Positions 62,791-64,000 of a DNA stretch of 64,000 bases are shown piece by piece; the first letter of the stretch is position 1, and every line of letters starts with the position of its first letter. This DNA is from a virus. Taxonomy: Duplodnaviria; Caudoviricetes. A program made the translations under genes and the position numbers. Below the pieces are notes generated by a model. That model was given only the letters and a program-made list of their open reading frames with translations, did not search any database and was not told the DNA's origin. The stretch spans positions 1,180 through 65,179 of IMG/VR virus record IMGVR_UViG_3300020202_000075. One strand, 5' to 3'.

Positions 62791-63409
62791 TCACGGCCGC
62801 CTTAGGCTTGTTGCTGCTGCCTTTTGGCCGACCGCCCCGGCGTCGCGCCGGCTGGGCCTGCACTGAAGCGGTCAGTTCCCTGACCGTCCGTTCCAACTCC
62901 GCAATCCTAGCATCTTGCTCTGCCAGGCGCTTGTCCTTCGACTCTAGGACAGTCGCATCCCGAGCGAGTTGCAGGAAGGTCTCGGCCTTCTTCTTCAAAT
63001 GCTGGTAGCCCTGGATCTTCTGGGCGAACTGATCGGGAAGCCCGACCAACTGTTCCACGGTGAAGATCTTCATGGCCTTGAACTCCCACACCTGCGTCGT
63101 GGAAAGCTGCGGCCACATCTCCACCGGAGTCCCGTCCACCACCTGCGACCTTTTCGCTTGAAACGCTGCCCACTGCTCCGGGTACTTGTGCTCGTCCCCG
63201 GGCTTCATGGGCTTGTCCACCTCGAGCGAGGTGTCCCCCGGGGTGAAGTGCTTCAGGAAGATGCGCGTGCGGGCAACAGGCTTCCCTTGCCTTGCGGACT
63301 CGGCCTTGTCCTCCTCCACCACCTCGTGGAAGAACACGGTCTTCTTGCCCTGCTTCACCGCCTGTCCGTCGAGGTTGGTGTAGTGCGCCGGCCCGACTTC
63401 GATGCTCAT
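62759..63409 (-). CDS. conserved head-region protein
   Basis: GTPVEMWP, IFTVEQL..L.D, coiled coil and RGGRP tail. Confidence 0.7.
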   Translation of the reverse strand: MSIEVGPAHYTNLDGQAVKQGKKTVFFHEVVEEDKAESARQGKPVARTRIFLKHFTPGDTSLEVDKPMKPGDEHKYPEQWAAFQAKRSQVVDGTPVEMWPQLSTTQVWEFKAMKIFTVEQLVGLPDQFAQKIQGYQHLKKKAETFLQLARDATVLESKDKRLAEQDARIAELERTVRELTASVQAQPARRRGGRPKGSSNKPKAAVSGENAPSASQ

Positions 63410-63597
63410 CAGTTTCTCCTCATTCTCTTTTTGTGGAAGTTGACACCGTGCTCGGAGCAGCCGATGCGCGTCTTGCCGTCAACCTGTATTTCAGTGAGCG
63501 CCAGGGCGCAATACGGGCACCGCGGCGTGATGGCCTTCTCTGCCCATGCCTTGAGCTTCGCGCGCTGCTCGCGCTCTTTCAGCAGGTGCCACTTCAT
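63409..63597 (-). CDS. small Zn-finger-like protein
   Basis: CPYC...CSEH; coupled. Confidence 0.55.
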   Translation of the reverse strand: MKWHLLKEREQRAKLKAWAEKAITPRCPYCALALTEIQVDGKTRIGCSEHGVNFHKKRMRRN

Positions 63598-63998
63598 GCG
63601 GCTTTCCTCAGTTGCTTGGCGGTCTTGAGAAGCTCCTGCAGGAGCCCGTCTCCGTACATCGCAACCTGGATGTCCGCCTTGAGCTTGAGCACGATCTCGA
63701 CAAACTCGCGGGCAGACTCGTAAAGCTGCGGGCTGGTCTTGAATGCTCGGCCGTTCACGGTAACGTCGATGACTCGCTCCGTCTCGTTGGGATGCGCGCC
63801 GGCATGCCGCTCAACGTCATAGGAGCAGTCCATGCCGTGTATGGCGAACTTGCGGTAGCCCAGCTTCGCCGCAACCTCGAGCGCCCGAAGTCCTGCGGTG
63901 GAGCCGCCGCCAACGAGCGCAGCGCCCTCCCCTCGGGCCTTCACCCAGTCATTGGCCTCGTCGAAGCCGTACAGGTGCCAGAGCGTGACGTTGCGGCC
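63594..63998 (-). CDS. DUF115/MptE/Maf-like protein, C-terminal part (truncated by window)
   Basis: GGGSTAGLRA...LGYR.F.IHGMDCS; homolog of 16459-17298. Confidence 0.7.
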   Translation of the reverse strand, partial: GRNVTLWHLYGFDEANDWVKARGEGAALVGGGSTAGLRALEVAAKLGYRKFAIHGMDCSYDVERHAGAHPNETERVIDVTVNGRAFKTSPQLYESAREFVEIVLKLKADIQVAMYGDGLLQELLKTAKQLRKAA

Positions 63999-64000
63999 CT

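Noticed and set aside
1-64000. CRISPR array, diversity-generating retroelement or retron
   Set aside because: No regularly spaced repeats, cas genes, reverse transcriptase motifs or TR/VR pair seen by eye

Overview
The window is entirely temperate-phage DNA, with no host housekeeping genes. It holds parts of two related but distinct P22-like (podovirus-type) genomes joined head-to-tail in the same orientation. The xis-int-attP-lysis-ejection-tail sequence occurs twice. The first copy has a tRNA-Thr(CGT) att core at 4153-4197 and the second a tRNA-His(GTG) core at 50070-50120. Both cores are in attP configuration, between the integrase and the lysis genes. The ~46 kb between them is a full gene set: lysis, ejection, head (coat, scaffold, portal), intein-containing terL, terS, an IS1595 element with cargo, replication, cI/cro immunity, recombination and early accessory genes. 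Main hunting results: (1) collinear 13-21 bp gene-boundary repeats shared by the two otherwise unrelated early regions; (2) a lysis-linked HEXXH-protein plus HTH-enzyme module in which a DEDD exonuclease and a metallophosphoesterase occupy the same slot; (3) a canonical -1 frameshift signal in a small early gene; (4) a ~240 nt highly structured RNA candidate; (5) a class-3-type intein starting with Asp; (6) a C5 methyltransferase with a nested out-of-frame second polypeptide; (7) an ATT-initiated gene; (8) an FNR-box-like phage promoter. All function calls come from motif recognition by eye; no database searches were run.
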